DNA of 64,000 nt from the NCBI RefSeq assembly GCF_009834535.1, contig NC_045696.1:120034001-120098000 (forward strand). Reading direction: 5' to 3'. This document shows positions 25,901-40,900 of this stretch, one piece after another. Origin of the DNA: Camelus ferus. Its lineage: Eukaryota. Position numbers and translations under genes: made by a program. The notes under the pieces are model-generated. The model saw only the letters and a program-made list of their open reading frames with translations. It was not told the origin of the DNA and did not search any database. Within the stretch, counting starts at the first letter, position 1; every line of letters begins with the position of its first letter.

Positions 25901-28900
25901 CAAACCTTGAACTCTCTAATATCCAGCACAGCATACGCGTGTGTGGGCACCAGGCCCCACTTCTCGCCCTCCGCTTCAGTCATCACGCCAGTGGACGCCG
26001 TGATGAGGACGTCCCCTTTGTGAAACCTGGAACGGACCCAACAGACAGGTCACCGAAGGAAAACACGTCTGTAATTACAGATCACAGCACTTTTCCTTTA
26101 CTCATGGCCTACTTGGAAATTTCCCCAAATTTGAAGTCTTTCCTAAAACAGGCTAAGCCCAACACCCTCCAAAGAACTTTCAATAAGAAGCACATTTCTA
26201 TTTTACAGCATAACAGAAAAACGGTCACATTTCCTTTTTTCCGCTCCCAGTTTTAGACAACTTAATTCTCAGGTAGAAACCTATCGATGAAAAAAACAAA
26301 TGCTAAATTTTCAAATGATTTACAAGTAAAAATGAAGGTGTGCAGTAGCCAATGTACTTCTCCCAAAGCCACGTCATTCTGTTGATCAGTGCACTGTGTT
26401 TTGGGCGTCAGCACTGAGTGTGCACCACCGTACAGACGGCTCTCCGCCCTCCCGGGGGGCGTCCACTTAAGGCCTCCACTTCACCTTCTCACACCCTTCT
26501 CTGCCCACCTTCCCTCAAGCTGTTAAGTACTCAGGAAGTGCGAGGCAGTTTTTCCATGTTACATACTCCAGATTCAATGTTTTAGATTATCTACAGTCTG
26601 GATTCACTGTAACCATCAGCGAGGATGACAGAGGGCTGGCTGTGCGTAAAGTCAAGTCTACCTGAAAACCACAATTTCCCTAATGACTGAAGGTGACAGC
26701 TTTTGCAATATCCATTCTAAGTAAGGCATGAGGTTCTTAAGTAATCTCTTTCAGCACGAAAGAGAGAGAAGTTTACCTTTGATAAAGCATCCGGAAGGAA
26801 CTGTCCTTACTGAACGCCTGGCTGTCTGAGTGCATGGCAATCCGCTCTGGAATCCACCCGGTGAGGGCATGAAGGTCGATGTTCTGCAGCATAAAACAGG
26901 GCAGGCAGGCTGTTTTCAAGCTCTTACGTACATCCCCGGGGCAGCTATTAAATCTCACTGATTTGATACGATGATTTTGACAGGAATAAGTCAGGAGGTA
27001 GTAAGTTGTTTTCTACCAGTAGTACATTTCTTATTTAACTCAAACACCTACCTAGATTTAAGCACAAGATTGTCTTTTCCTTAAAATCTTTGCTGCTTTT
27101 CCTGAATACAACAGAACTGTTTTACTGATAAATATGATGAAAACTCAAAACATTTAACAGAAAAAAACGCTTTATGATGATCATCATTAACCATTTACTG
27201 AGTTTTTACTATATGACAGTCATTTTTCTAATATTTTATATTATTCTCATTCCTTCTCTAAGCTGCACTGGCTAAATGAACAGGCAATGGATTAGAAAGC
27301 TAAACTAGAAATACCTGAAGGACAGAGCCACTGAACATGGAGGCTAGGTGGAAATGTTGACATCCTCTTACCTTTAACCATGACCTACACATTCTTTGAC
27401 TAGCATCTAGGAACCAGGAGAATGAAGGAGGCCAGGTCGTGGGCAAGGATACTAACCCAGGATATGAATGTGGGTGATGTGCATGTTACTTCATTTAATC
27501 TTTACAGTTCTTGAGAGGTGGGTGTTATCCTCATATTACAGACAAAGAGGCTAACAAAGGTCAAATATCTTTTCTCAAGCTACAGGCTAATTAACATTAC
27601 AATTCAAAGTCACGCTAACCTGACTAACCTCTGGCATAACCCCACCAGTTTACCTGATACAACTACAGGACACTGGCACATACCTCGATTTTACAGGTTA
27701 AGTTGTGTTAAGGTTAGGAAAAATTAACAAAAACCTCCTTGAACCTGAATTTACAAATCAAAACAAAACAAAATAAAACAAAACATAAGGATGACAATAT
27801 GACACATCCCTTTGACCTGAAGAGGCTTCTCTGGAAAGGTACACTGTATTTAACTGGTCAGCGTTAACAGCAGACACACACACTCTCAGGCTTTCCTGAG
27901 TAACAAATCTACACAATGCGCTAATAACCTTACAAAAGAAAACACACACTCCCAGAACAAGGTGACTGACCAGCACTTTCCATGGGTTGATCTTTTCTTT
28001 TCATTTAAACCAAATACATCATCTATAATCTTTCAAATTTAAAACAGCCCTAGGAGGCAGCATGAGTCTGTGTCTGGACCGTCTTGTCTATTACTTACTG
28101 AGTTGGATCCCGGGAAATCATATCCTCCCATGACCTTCATGTACGCTTTCTCTATGAGAGAAACCCACAGTTCACTTTTGTTGTTAGAATAAGAACAGAG
28201 GAGTTCTCCCTTATGATCAACAGGTAACTGGTCATCAATTATCACCTGGAGAAAGAGAACATTCATTTCCTTAGGTGGTAAACCCACACACCTTTCATAC
28301 TGATAAAAGGCATGACACACTCATTATTGAGCTACTGACAGGTTCCTATTTCTAGAATCTGATCAACTATAAAGTGTCTTATCATGTCTTAATTAAGTTG
28401 AAAAGTTAATGTCCCTGTCAGGTGATAACTTCGCGCCAACTGGTTACATGTTATGGATCTACCAGCAAAATTATCACGGATTTCAGAAATGTACGTTATA
28501 TTTAAAATAATTACAAAAGGGCCTCACTATTAAGGTAAACAACAATATTAACCTGCAAAAGACATGCTATGTTCAGTTGTAAAATACTATGGCTAAAAAA
28601 TATATTTAAATAATATAGAAATACAGAAGTAATCACCACAAGGATAGTTTCTAATTCATATTATAGAGCTATCTGGGAAATAAGGTAAGAATTTCGATCC
28701 AATATTAATAGAAGAACTAAGCAACTGCATTTTAAAAGATTCTTTAAAGAAGAGGTTATTTAAAGATTATGGTTCATGAAAACCATTCTCAATAATTTTG
28801 TCTAGTTTCTAAGAAGTCAGCTAGAGCAGGGTTCTGAAAGGGTGTTCTCAGCCAACAGCAGCATCTTCATCACCTAGAAATCTGCTGGATACGTGAATTC

Positions 28901-31900
28901 CAGCCCCATCAGACCCACTACACTCTGGTGTTGGGGCCCAGCAATCTGTCTTCACAAGTCCTGCAGGTGATTCTGTGCAGACTGAAGTGTGACTGTTACT
29001 GACCTACAGAGCAACAACTCAGCTTCTCACCCCGGAATACTAGGGGATCTCGTCTAAATGCATATTCTGATTCAGCAGGTCCAGGACGAGGCCTAAAACT
29101 GTGGGAGTCTAACAAATTCCCAGGTGACGCTGATGTGAATCCATGGACCTCCATGAGCTGACCGGATCTAGGGAATTCTAACGACACAAGGCCCTTACGA
29201 CATGGTTCAGAATCCTTGAAGAAATTAAAGGAGTGCAATTTCAAACTATGTGTGTATTTCACAAAGGAAAACAGAACATTAAAGGTGTCTTACATCTCAA
29301 CTTAAGACTACACACCTAAATTGTTCTGACCTACCAGGCTTGGTTTGTCTGAAATCCTTTTAATCAAAAAGGTAATTAACAACCATGAGATTAAAATTAA
29401 TTTTACGCATTAACAAGCATGAGCCCAATGTTACTTCTTGGAACTTTCTGTAAGTTTTCCCAAAACTCATTTTTAAAAAGACTTTATATTTGTCATGCTT
29501 TTTTATTTTTAATTATTAACACACAATGTTACTGGTAGTGATATGTATAGTATCACAGACTCAAAATCAACTAACCTGACTTTTTAAATGTTTACACAAA
29601 TAACATTTTTCTTACTGATTCCACTCAGGATTCGAAGGTGGGAGGAGGGTTGGAGTGGGGATACATGACTCACCTTTCTAGGGACCCCATTGAGGTGCAG
29701 TTTCACCATATACTTTCCACATGGGTTGTACTCTGGCTCCCCGTCCTTATTCTGAGGGTAAATTATGCTTTTGTAAGGAAAAGAAATATTGAAATACCAA
29801 CATTAGTATTCGATATAAGCTACCATGCAGAATACTGTATTTTATTTAGACATATGCTATTGTCAATTTTATAAAAATAAACATAAGAATATTTTCTACA
29901 ATAGGCCTGTAAAAGAAAAAGAATTTCATCCTACTTGAAGTGCTTTTTCAATATAAATAAATGAAGAGTATCTTATGAGATCATCCAGCAGGGCATAAAT
30001 TTCACAGTATTCTGAAAAGTGCTCAGTTTTCCATTATATACTCTGATAAACCTTCTATTAAGTGGATGTATTTTAAGCCACTTAAAATACTCTACTATTT
30101 GCCCCAAGACCAATTTCTTCTCTAAAGAGAAGACCGTTTCAATTAACCACAACTAAGGTGACTAACTCTGACAAAGCACAAAATTATCCAGTAAGAGACT
30201 TGTAGAAACGGTCAGTATCAATTTTCTTCCCAAACTGCATATTATTTACTTACATGGTCTGTTTATCCAAGATGGCAAAGAGCTTGAAACTAAGGTCTGT
30301 ATCTAACTCACCTCTGTACTTTCAGGACTTAACACACAAAACCACTCAAGAAAAGCTGTACAAAAAGATTATGCAGCTTCATTTTACAATGAACAATTTT
30401 AAGCTAATAAAACTTATAAAATTGAAAGAGAAAGTATTTCAGTAACACTTCAGTATATTCTAAATGAGTTCTAGCCAAAAGAAATGTTACTTTATATCAC
30501 GTATGTAATGTTTTACATTAAATTTTTTATTTAACCCAATATATCCAAAATATTAAATTTCAACATGTAATAAATACAAAAACGTGAGATATTTTCTAAT
30601 AGTTCATTTGTGCTAAGTTTTCAAAATCTGATGTGTTTTATACCTACAGCCTATCTGAACTCAGACTAGCCCACTTCACGTGTTCAATATCCACACGTGG
30701 CTAGTGGCTACCACACGGGACAGTGCAATTACAAATATCACAGGATTTTAATTTGGCCAATTTCATTTATCTCAAAACATAATTTATTTCATATATATTC
30801 TCTTAACTACACACGCTTATGTTCTTAGACTACCTTAGCAAATCTTCCCGTGTTCACAAATCATCTTAACATGCAAGGGCCATATTCTCCTAAGTGATAT
30901 GCCCTCTTCACCTTCTGCGCAGATAAAGCCTAAGTTTTTAATCTCTAGTTAAGAGAAAATCACATGAAAAGGGCTAAAGGGACAAATACAAAATTTTACC
31001 TGGTAATCAACTTCTTGTTAAATCGTCTTTCATACGCTGCACTGATAGCCAGTGATGCCACAAAGGAACAATCTGATACTATTGTCTGTTAACAAGAATT
31101 TATTAATATTTTCATTTATTCATGCAATTTCAACATTATTACAATATTTAAGCACTGCACCTAGAGTCTGACTTTTTATACAAAATATCCTGACTACTGC
31201 TTGAATAGGAAAATGATAAATAGAAATGCCATACTGCCAACTAACACATATTTTGTTCTACCAAATTCTAGAAAAGACAAAGTATTCCAATGAAGTTAAT
31301 TTAGAATAATTAAATATGGATGGTGCATTCCTACATGGATAAAAGTATACTGATCTATACTACTTTTAATGACAAAAAATGCTTTTAGAGGCATTTTTTT
31401 AAAGTTGGTTTATTATAATATGACCAATTAAAATGAATACACACATCAAAAGATTTTTAAATCATATTATTCCAAGACCATTACTTTTTCTAACCCCTCT
31501 ACTGTGGTGTGGTTCCTGTACAGTAAACCACACGTATTTCAGACGTACACTTTGATGAATTTTGATAGATGCAGACACCCATGCAACCACCAGCACCACC
31601 ACAATCAAGACAGCTAACATTTCCATCACTCCCCAAGAGGTGCAATTTTCGATTTCCCAATTTATCCCTTCCCACCCTCTTTAACCTCTAGTAACCATAA
31701 AGGACCATTATTTTTATATAACGTGGAAAACATCTGTGACTTCAATGCTGAAATGTAACTAAAGCTGTGATAAAGCCATATAGTTGTCCCACCACTGCAG
31801 TGTTTTAAATAAGCCCAATATCCATCTTTTACATCTATTCTCTTATCCGAGGTGAAATTCATATTCCCAACTATCTCATCTGCAAGGACGTACCAACAAA

Positions 31901-34900
31901 GAGGGTGTATATAAAAACATGTAACTGCTCAAAAGTTATTCATACTTGTATCATCTCAGTATGTCTAAGTCAAAGTGTGCTGAACGAATAATTTTTCCAA
32001 TTATACTAATGCATCTGAATACATACTAAAAAACCTAAGAAAAAAGTCATCTATATTCAAATTACTTTAAAATGTTGGCTTTTCATATAAAATTACACGA
32101 AAGGAATGTTTACCTGCTTTATGCTGAAACTGGACACAGTGTAAATCATGGTAGGATTATTGGTGAGGTCTTCTGGTCGCACCCACTTAGAAAATGTAGC
32201 TTTTTGTTTGGGTGATAACGGTAGCTTGCCCCATCTATCACTGAGGTGATAATTAATTAAATAATAATAATGATGATAAAATTAATCTCAAAAAATGATT
32301 CAAAAGCAAAATTAAATTTCCTAGAGAGTTTTTTCTTTTTTTGGGAAAGTGATCACAGCTACACTATGTAACCCTAAGAACTCTCTGGCCAAATCTGGGT
32401 CTTTACCCTTAGTCCTAAATCCAGTCAATCCGATCGTCCTTCTCAATCAGAAAAAAATGTACAGATAACTGAAAACAGCAGAGCAACCTAAACTCACCTG
32501 TATCTATTTTAAGAATATACCTCAAAAGGGGGAGGGTATAGCTCAGGGGTAGAGTGTGTGCTTAGCATGCATGAGGTCTTGGGTTCAGTCCCCAGTACCT
32601 CTGCTAAAATAAATAAATAAAAATAATAAATAATAAATTAAAAAACCTAATTACCCCCCATCCCCAAAGAACATACTTCAAAAGTTTGATTTAGAAAGGT
32701 CATATTCACGAAATTCAGTTTCAGTGAGATGGAGCCCTTAAAGACAACTCAGTGTGGCTCATCCCAAAGGACCAAGGAAGCCACAGGCCTTCGCGCGGGC
32801 TCTGCGCCAACTCCCCTGCAAGGCTAAGGACAGAGCACCTAACTGCTGAATGAGGACCGCGTGCCTGGCTTCCCGCAAAAGTATCTCATTGATATTATTC
32901 ATTTCATCTTCAAAACAAGATAAGATAAGCAGCAGCAGACAGCATATTTGAATCTGGTCTCTGGGGCCATATCCACGATTCTTATCCATCATCCTCTACT
33001 CACAGTGTGCAGGGAATATACTGTGTAATATTTCTCTAAAGTTGATGTCCAGCACAAGTTTTTTTTTTTTTTTTTTTTTTTTAAATCGGCCTTTTCTCAA
33101 AACTCTTCTAAAGCAAGGGCAAAAAATTTGGGGGTTTCAAAAGATTTCTAGGATAATGTAGGGCATATGATACGCAAACTGAAACAAATATAACATTTTT
33201 CTAAAGGAACGTTGATAGATACTAGAAGAAAGAGGGTTTTGAGGTCCGGTGTGACCTGAAAGTTCCTGGCTAGAGCACCACTGTTTTTCATTGGAGGACA
33301 TCTCTAAACCGTGAAAAGACAGAATTTACTGTCAGTGTCTCAGGGATGGCAGCACACAGTGGGTGACACTTCTCAGACTCTTCTGATGACCACCTCACAG
33401 GTCTCACAGAACCACCAGTGTTCTGGGCCACATTTTGGTACCTGTGTAGTATCAGGTGCTGACTGCAGACAGCGAGCTGGTGAATTTACAAGGACAGCCA
33501 TCACAATATTTTGAGGAGAAAAAATAAGGCTGATTCAAATCTACAATCAAATTATTTAGTATTATGAACCTGCCATGTGAACCATAATTGAGTAAATCCA
33601 AGACTCCTTAATATATGTTCTCTCAAAAGTCATCATTAAATCACCAAACTCAATCTTTTTTCTTAGAACTTTAAAAATATTTAAAATATTTCACAGATAT
33701 GTTTATTATTATACACGACCAGAAAAGAAAAGAATTTAATCACTCCATCTTTCTCACCATAAACTGTGAGCCTTTTGCCACCAGTCTGTTGCCTTTGAAT
33801 TAAAAAATGCTTACTGTTACTTTTTCTTCTGATTATTCTTACTGTAAAATAATCCACAAAAGAAAACAAAAATCTTGGCAATCAGAGTAGTTAATTTTCT
33901 ATTTATTCTAGATTTTTCTTCAGTTCAGAAAGCATCCACCAAGCACCCACCACCTGCAGACAGCGTGCTCGGCCCTGGGGGCAACGTAACGTGTGTCCTG
34001 CCTCAGGGCAGCTCACGGTCCAGGGTGGAGGACCCGCGCAGAGCAAGGATCACACACGTGTAGAATCCCAGCTGTGACAAGTGCTCTGCCTGAATTAAGG
34101 GAGCTGGTACAGTACTTCATTTTTCTGTCTCAATCAATATGCTGTAAGCATCTCCCCATTTACTTCATTTTGTGAAAACTTGATTGTTCATGGCTGTACA
34201 AAATTCTTCTGTGGACATTCTGTTATATGAGCACTACAAATATGATTTCTCTTACTCTGTTACACAAAGATTGGAACTACAGGTTTATCTCTCTGCTTAG
34301 ATTTGTGAGGGGGAGGTAATTAGGTTTCTTCATTGATTTCCGCTTGGAGGAGGTACCGGGGATTGAACCTGGGACCTCCTGGGTGCTTACTGTTACTTTT
34401 TCTCTACCACTTGAGCTAGGCCCTTCCCCCATCTCTGCTTAGATTTAACCAGTAAGCACATCCTGGAATAACTGGTTCCACACATTCATAATTATAACAA
34501 TACTGATGAGTATCTTTTATACAAACCTCTGACTACATCTGCAAATATTTTTAGAACTGGTTTCCTGAAGTGAAAAGTAATAGTCGAAGGAGTATAAACA
34601 TTTTTAATTTGAAACATGCAGCCAAATTACGTAATATAATTTATTATTCAACAAAATAATTACTTTGTAAACAGTTGACCCTTATTACATGGCACTTGCA
34701 ATGTAACAAGCACCATGAACAAGTGCTTTGTTTTATCAACTCATTTAATCATCACAGTAACACTATGAGGTGGGTTCTATTTGTATTTTAAAATCTGGGA
34801 CAGATTAAAAAATGTGCACAGCGTCACAGAGGATGTGGCACCGGACAGCTTGGCTCGCGACTCTGGGCCCCCAACGTTAGTGCTGTAACTTCTCCCACGT

Positions 34901-37900
34901 AAACATGCCTAGATCCTCCTCCCCTCCCCCACCCCCACAGAAATAGCATCACATGGTTGTCTGAGGGGAAAACTTACGCTGACAACTTCTGTCTAACTTC
35001 TGCCCACCCACAACAGCAAACGCTACAAATGAAAAAGCAGCTCTTTGCTCTTAGTAGAGCCTTAATATATTCTGTATATAATAAGCATTCGACTCCCTGC
35101 TTTCTGATAAATATAACAAGACCATTGCAGAAATTCTGAAAACTGAAAATGCTTTAAAAAGTAAATCACCCAATTTCGCTACTCAGACATAACCACTTGA
35201 AACATTCTGATGTCTAACTTTACATCAGTTTTTCATATGTATCTATAAATACATGAAAAAAGTTTTTATCTTTATAAATGTACTACACTGTAAGCGTTTC
35301 CCCTATATTTTTCAAAGAATTTTTTAATTTGTTTGTTTTATGAGGGGGAGGAAATTAGGTTTATTTATTTATTTCTATTTGGAGGAGGTACTGGGGATTG
35401 AACCCAGGACCTCGCACATGCTAAGCACACACTCTACCACTTGAGCTATACCCGCCCCATCAAAGACTTATTTTTTTATGGGTAGCATGATATTTAAATA
35501 ATAATATGAACATGATATTATTTAATCACTCCTCTGTTGTTAGACACCAAGTCTGTTTAAATAACTGTTTGCTGTAATGGACATTTTGATAAATGCTCTT
35601 ATTACATACATCTTTGATCGAATTTTAATTTCCTTAGGATGACTAGAAGCCAGGAGTCCTGAACCAAATGGTATTTTTAAGGTTTCTGACACAGCTGCAC
35701 TGTCCCAGAAGGCTGTGCTAACACCTTCACAGTTAACTGTTTCTTGAATTGAATCTTCTCGGTAAACAACGATACTGTTATTCCACTCCACCTTCCCAGG
35801 AATTCCTCTCCTCTACTGATGTGAATTTCTGCTGTGATCAAAAGCCAATCTAACAAACGTTCACTGACCACTTACTCTGCGCCAGCCGCTGTGCTGGACG
35901 CCATGCGCACAATGTTAGGTCAAGGGAGACCACGTGTCCCACCACTAGGGAACGGTCCACAGGCACGCTCGCCACGTCTCCCCGCCTCCTGCCCACAGCC
36001 ACACCCCTCTACCAATCAAATTTTTCACAGCAAATTTTAATTTCAAGGCTATGAATTTAACTGAACTCAGACTATGGAAGAAATGTTGCCAACTTAGAAC
36101 AGTCTTGAAAGTAAAAATTGGAATATTGCTTACTTACCAGAAAGGCATTGGATACGCAAAACGTTCCCTCAGATCAATACTCATGAAAGGAACATATTCT
36201 ATACCATTTATTTTTGATGTTGTCCTATAAAACACAAGGGAAAAACCTCAAGCAAATGTTCAGGTCTACTGTGATTACCAATCTTATTGAAACTCCTTCT
36301 AATTTAAATGACAAGATATGATACTGTAATAAAATTAAAATGACAATCTCGTTAATAACTGAACAAAATTTTCACAAAATAGTTGAATACCAGAAAATAA
36401 CTGATTCAATTCAATTCAATAAGAGTTACTCTTTTAGGACTAACATCCTTCACAGGAGAACAGTCTCAAGACAGGCGACACTCGAGGTACTGGAAGTGTC
36501 ACCAGGACACAAGGCGAACTGTATCCTAAGCCCGAAGAGAGACAGCAATTGCTTAGTTAGCTGGGGGTTTAAAAAACATGAGGTTTATAATTCTGGGAAA
36601 TGTGTTCTTTACATTTTCTGGCCATGAGAACAAGGAACAGGTAGGGCACAAAGGAAGGTCACGGTTACTGCCTCCTGACAGAGAAAGCGTGGTCTGCAGC
36701 TGCTCTGCACGCTCCTCGTTTTGTGGACGTTTGTCTGCATATGTTAGAAGGCTCTCTCCCTCTCTGCGTCCTTCCCTCTTTTTATTTAGAAGTAGCTGTA
36801 GGGTTACTTCACCATTTGGCCTCTAGGGAACACTGTCCAGTGGGGCTGTGACAGAATTCAAGGACAGCTGACGAGGGACACAGGATCGGTGTGAACCTTC
36901 ATCCTGTGATGATGAGGCCTTTCCCCGCATGCAGGACAACTGTGTTGTCAGCAGGGACACAGAGCTGCCCTGCCGCACGCACTGAGAAACTTCAAACGTG
37001 TGCAGAAGGGAGCAAATGGACACTGAGTAGCCAAAGTGCTGGCCTGGGACGCACTTGCCTCTCAGGTCCAAAACCACCGTTTCTGTCCTGCTTTGTGCTG
37101 TGTTGGTTCGTGCGTATTTCTCCTGGGCCAAGAGGGCCAGATTGGTAGGAGGAAAATTAAAATCTTCAGCAGGGAAGGAGAGAAAACTGCCTGCAGGTGG
37201 CTGCTTAGGAGGAAGGAGCCCTTTCAGTGCAATTTTCGGAGCCTGAACAAGCAACTCTGTGACCCGCGCAGCTCTGAGCAGGTGGGCTCTCCCTTGGAGC
37301 CGGGGTGAGAAGCGGCCGCGCTGGCTCAGAGACCCATCCCACGCACAGCAGCCATGCCGGCCGGACGAGCAAGAATTTCCACATCCTTGCTCTGCATTTT
37401 GAATTATCCCCTGGGGCTGCTTCCAGACACTGAACTGGCTTCCCAGAGCAGGGGTTGACAAACTTTTTCCGTAAAGGGCCAGATATTATTATTATTAATT
37501 TTTTTTTTAATTAATAGACTTTATTTTTTAGAGCAGTTTCAGGTTCACAGCAGAATTGAGCAGAAACTACAGAGAGTTTGCACACAGCCCTCCCCACCCA
37601 CACGTATATACTCCCCTACCCTCAACATCCCTCACCAGTGTGGCATATTTGGTACAACTGATGAGCCAACACGGGCACATCATTACCAACCAAAGCCCAC
37701 AGTTCACATGAGGGCTCACTCCTGACGTTGTGCATTCTGTGGGCTTTGACGAATGCGTAATGACACGCAGCCACCATGACAGCGTCACACAGAATCATTT
37801 CATTGAAAGGGCCGGATATTAGTTAATTTCTGCTTTGTAATGAGATCTGTGTCACATGTTCTGAGGTTTTCGGTCTTCTTTTTTATAACCCTTCAAAGCA

Positions 37901-40900
37901 GTGTGAAAAACCACTCAGCCCCTGCGGCTTCCCTTTGCTGACTCCGGCCCGGATGGCCACTTCAAGGTGACAGTTTCCCCACCAGGGCTCCGGTCACCGT
38001 GTGGCGGGGACGCTGAGCGGTCTGCCGCTGCTGCCCTGCTCTGCCCCGCAACCTGCATTGTTCAGTCCTGGAGAACACTAGGATGTTCAGAAAAACATAC
38101 CTCTAGTGGAAATGTGAATACATGTGAATATATGTTAGGACAAATTTGAACTATTTCAAGCTGTGGCTATGTGACAATATAATTTATAATCACATAACGA
38201 CAGCAAGACACACCATAACAAAGATGTGACTCCGACTCGGCACACCTAATGAGACTCACATCACCTGCACTGATTATGTTCCCGAAATTGTTGACGACAA
38301 TGAATCATAAACTGAGTTACCTGAGAACTTCAATTTCTTCTGCCGTATACCTCTGTCCCTGGGCGTCACAGGACTGTGGGCTGATAAACGGCTGAGGTCG
38401 GTCAAGGAAGGGGTTAGTTCCTAGAGGGAAATGTGCTCTCGTTGGAGGCGGCTTTGGTTTATTATTCGTTGACTTGACTTTGCATAAAGGCTTTGTTAAA
38501 GGCTCACTCAGCGCTTCTGCTCTGGAACAGAGAGAGGTACAGGAAACTGTTTCAGTTTTTCTTCTCACATTTTCCAGAAAACAGAATTTACTTCAAGAAC
38601 CAGTCAAACATCCCTAATGTAGAATTAGTACATAAAATTCTTACATACTAGTCGACAGTCCACGACTTAAGCTACTCCCAAAGGTAAGATGAGTATTTTC
38701 GCAAACAATATTCTACTGACAATGTTAACTAAGCACTCAGGGCATGTCAGTTCCTATGCAGGGTAAGGGGGCTACAGGAACGCACAAAACACAACCCCAC
38801 TCTCAAGGTGCTCCAGTGTCGTGGGGAGAGGAAGGGAGTGTGTCAGAAGTCACAGAAGCTAGGCTGGAAGCACCACAGCGAGAGAAGGCAACGCAGATGA
38901 CAGTAACTTAATGGTAGGAAGAGAGGGGGAGGTAGGGAACACTTTTCTGAACAGACGTTTGAACTGTGGAGATGTTCCCCCGGAGAGTGAGGAAGGGTTT
39001 TGAGCAGAGGGAACAGCATGTACAAGCATGCAAGTGTGACATGGCAGAGTGAGTTCAGGTAATGTCAAAAGAATGGGTGGAGCCCCTGTGAAGCGTGCAA
39101 ATGAGAGGCAGTGGGCGATGGGGCCAGTGGCAGGACTGGAGCACGGAAGGCCACTCCGGATACTTGGGGAAATCTGACTTTGTTCTGTCAAAGAACTATC
39201 AGGCTAAAACACAGACGTTCTTAACCTGAGGTCCATGTATGAGATTTAGGAGTCTGGTGACCACTGAAATTATATGCAAAAAAAAAGTTATGTCCATTTT
39301 TCCTGGAGAGCACATCCATTCTTTTGAACAGATCCTCAGAGGAGCTGGTGATTGACCACAGACCTGTGCTCAGGATGCAGAGAGCGCAGGAGGGTTACCC
39401 ACACAGGTAATGACAGCCATCTACGGTCTGACTGGTGAGAGAAGTCAAAACGGAGAAGCTAACTGTGTGTCAAGTGCCCAAATCTTCCCAAATTTGGAGA
39501 AACAAACTAGACATTAGACTATGGTGATGAGTGAAAAGGAGGGGTGATCATTATACCTCAATAAAAAAAGCAGGGCTGGGGAGGTACAGCCACCTAGTCT
39601 AGCGTCAGAACAGGACACTTTATTCAGCTGTGCCGTCCCCACCCTTGTCTGCTGTCTGTAACGCTCTGTCAACACGAGAGGTTATACTTCTCTTGTGCAA
39701 GGCCGTTCATTCCTCCAACAAATGCCTCGTGGACACAAGCTCTACGTCTGGCCCTCGGCTAGGTGCTTGGGCTAAACAAGGACAAATTTCTCTGCCCTCA
39801 CAGCGCTTGTATCTGGGGGGTGGGGGGTTGGAAGGGACAGAGACGTTAAAGACAGGTATGACCGACTCCTAAATTTCATACACTTAGGAAGAGATATGGG
39901 AAAGAATATTAGAACAGAGGGAGCAGGATGGAAGCACTGGACGAGACTCCATTTTAAACAGAATGGTGCGGGCAGGCTCTCCTGAAAGGGTACCCTTGAG
40001 CAAAGGGCTGAGGGAGCCACACGCACGCAGTCTGGGGATGTCTGTGGCTGGCCAGTCTCCATTCCTCCACTTCCAGCAGTGGCTCTGGAAGGCTCTCAGG
40101 AAGTTCCCTCTCTGGAAGTCTGATGTGACCCAAGAGAAGTCTTCCATCTCAAATACCACAGTCATTTTTGTTTTACACGTAGCAAAAACTAAACAAAACA
40201 TCTCTTGACTGATTTGTTGTTTTCGGAGTTTAAAGCAGGAACGAGGACGTGGAGATAAACAAGATGCTCTCTGTTCCCTTACAGAGTTTACCATCTAAGG
40301 AGCCAACATGACGTGTGAAAAGAGGCAGGAAAAAAGAGAGGGGCAAACTCTCTCGAAGAAGGCAGACCTGGTTTGGGTCTCAAGTTAACATGAAAATGGA
40401 GGTTTGTTACGACAAGGTATACACCACACATTCAGATCAATCTGTCACATTCAGTAACACAGGACACTGTCATCCACAGGTAAGGACCAGAGGGACCAAA
40501 ACTCACCTATCTAGTGCCTGTCGGGCCAACTGTTTCAGTTTATTTTGCAGAGTTTTATCAGCAGTTTCATAAGACTTAAGAGAAAGAGAGACAGACATCC
40601 CACAACGTAATTATTAATTTGCTTGATCCATGATATTTCCGAGAAAAAAACATTTATAGTGCACATTACATTTCTTACACTTCTGAGAGGATAAGCCAAG
40701 GCATTTCATTTTCATCCTTGAAGGTCTCATTTAAAATTGTGCTGAAAACCTGTCACTGAGGTAAACTTTAAGACCCCTTAATGTGGACAGGTTGTACCTG
40801 GAACCACTGCTGGGCGGTGGAACCTCAGAAGCGAAGTAAGTGAGGAGGACAAGGACAAATGCCATGTGACTTCACTCGTATGTGGATTAAAACACAAAAT

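Noticed and set aside
31508..31534. Quasi-palindrome gtgtggttcctgtacagtaaaccacac
   Set aside because: It is short, imperfect and lies within a decayed L1-like fragment, so it is likely chance.
32529..32601. tRNA-Ala(AGC)-like sequences here and at 6731, 35385-35458, 45938 and 50245 as real tRNA genes
   Set aside because: They have extended heads and mispaired stems, and most have A-rich tails or TSDs, marking them as SINEs.
36823..37461. 212-aa - strand ORF in CAPN7 intron 5
   Set aside because: It has a non-ATG start, no recognisable domain, and begins inside a MER element.
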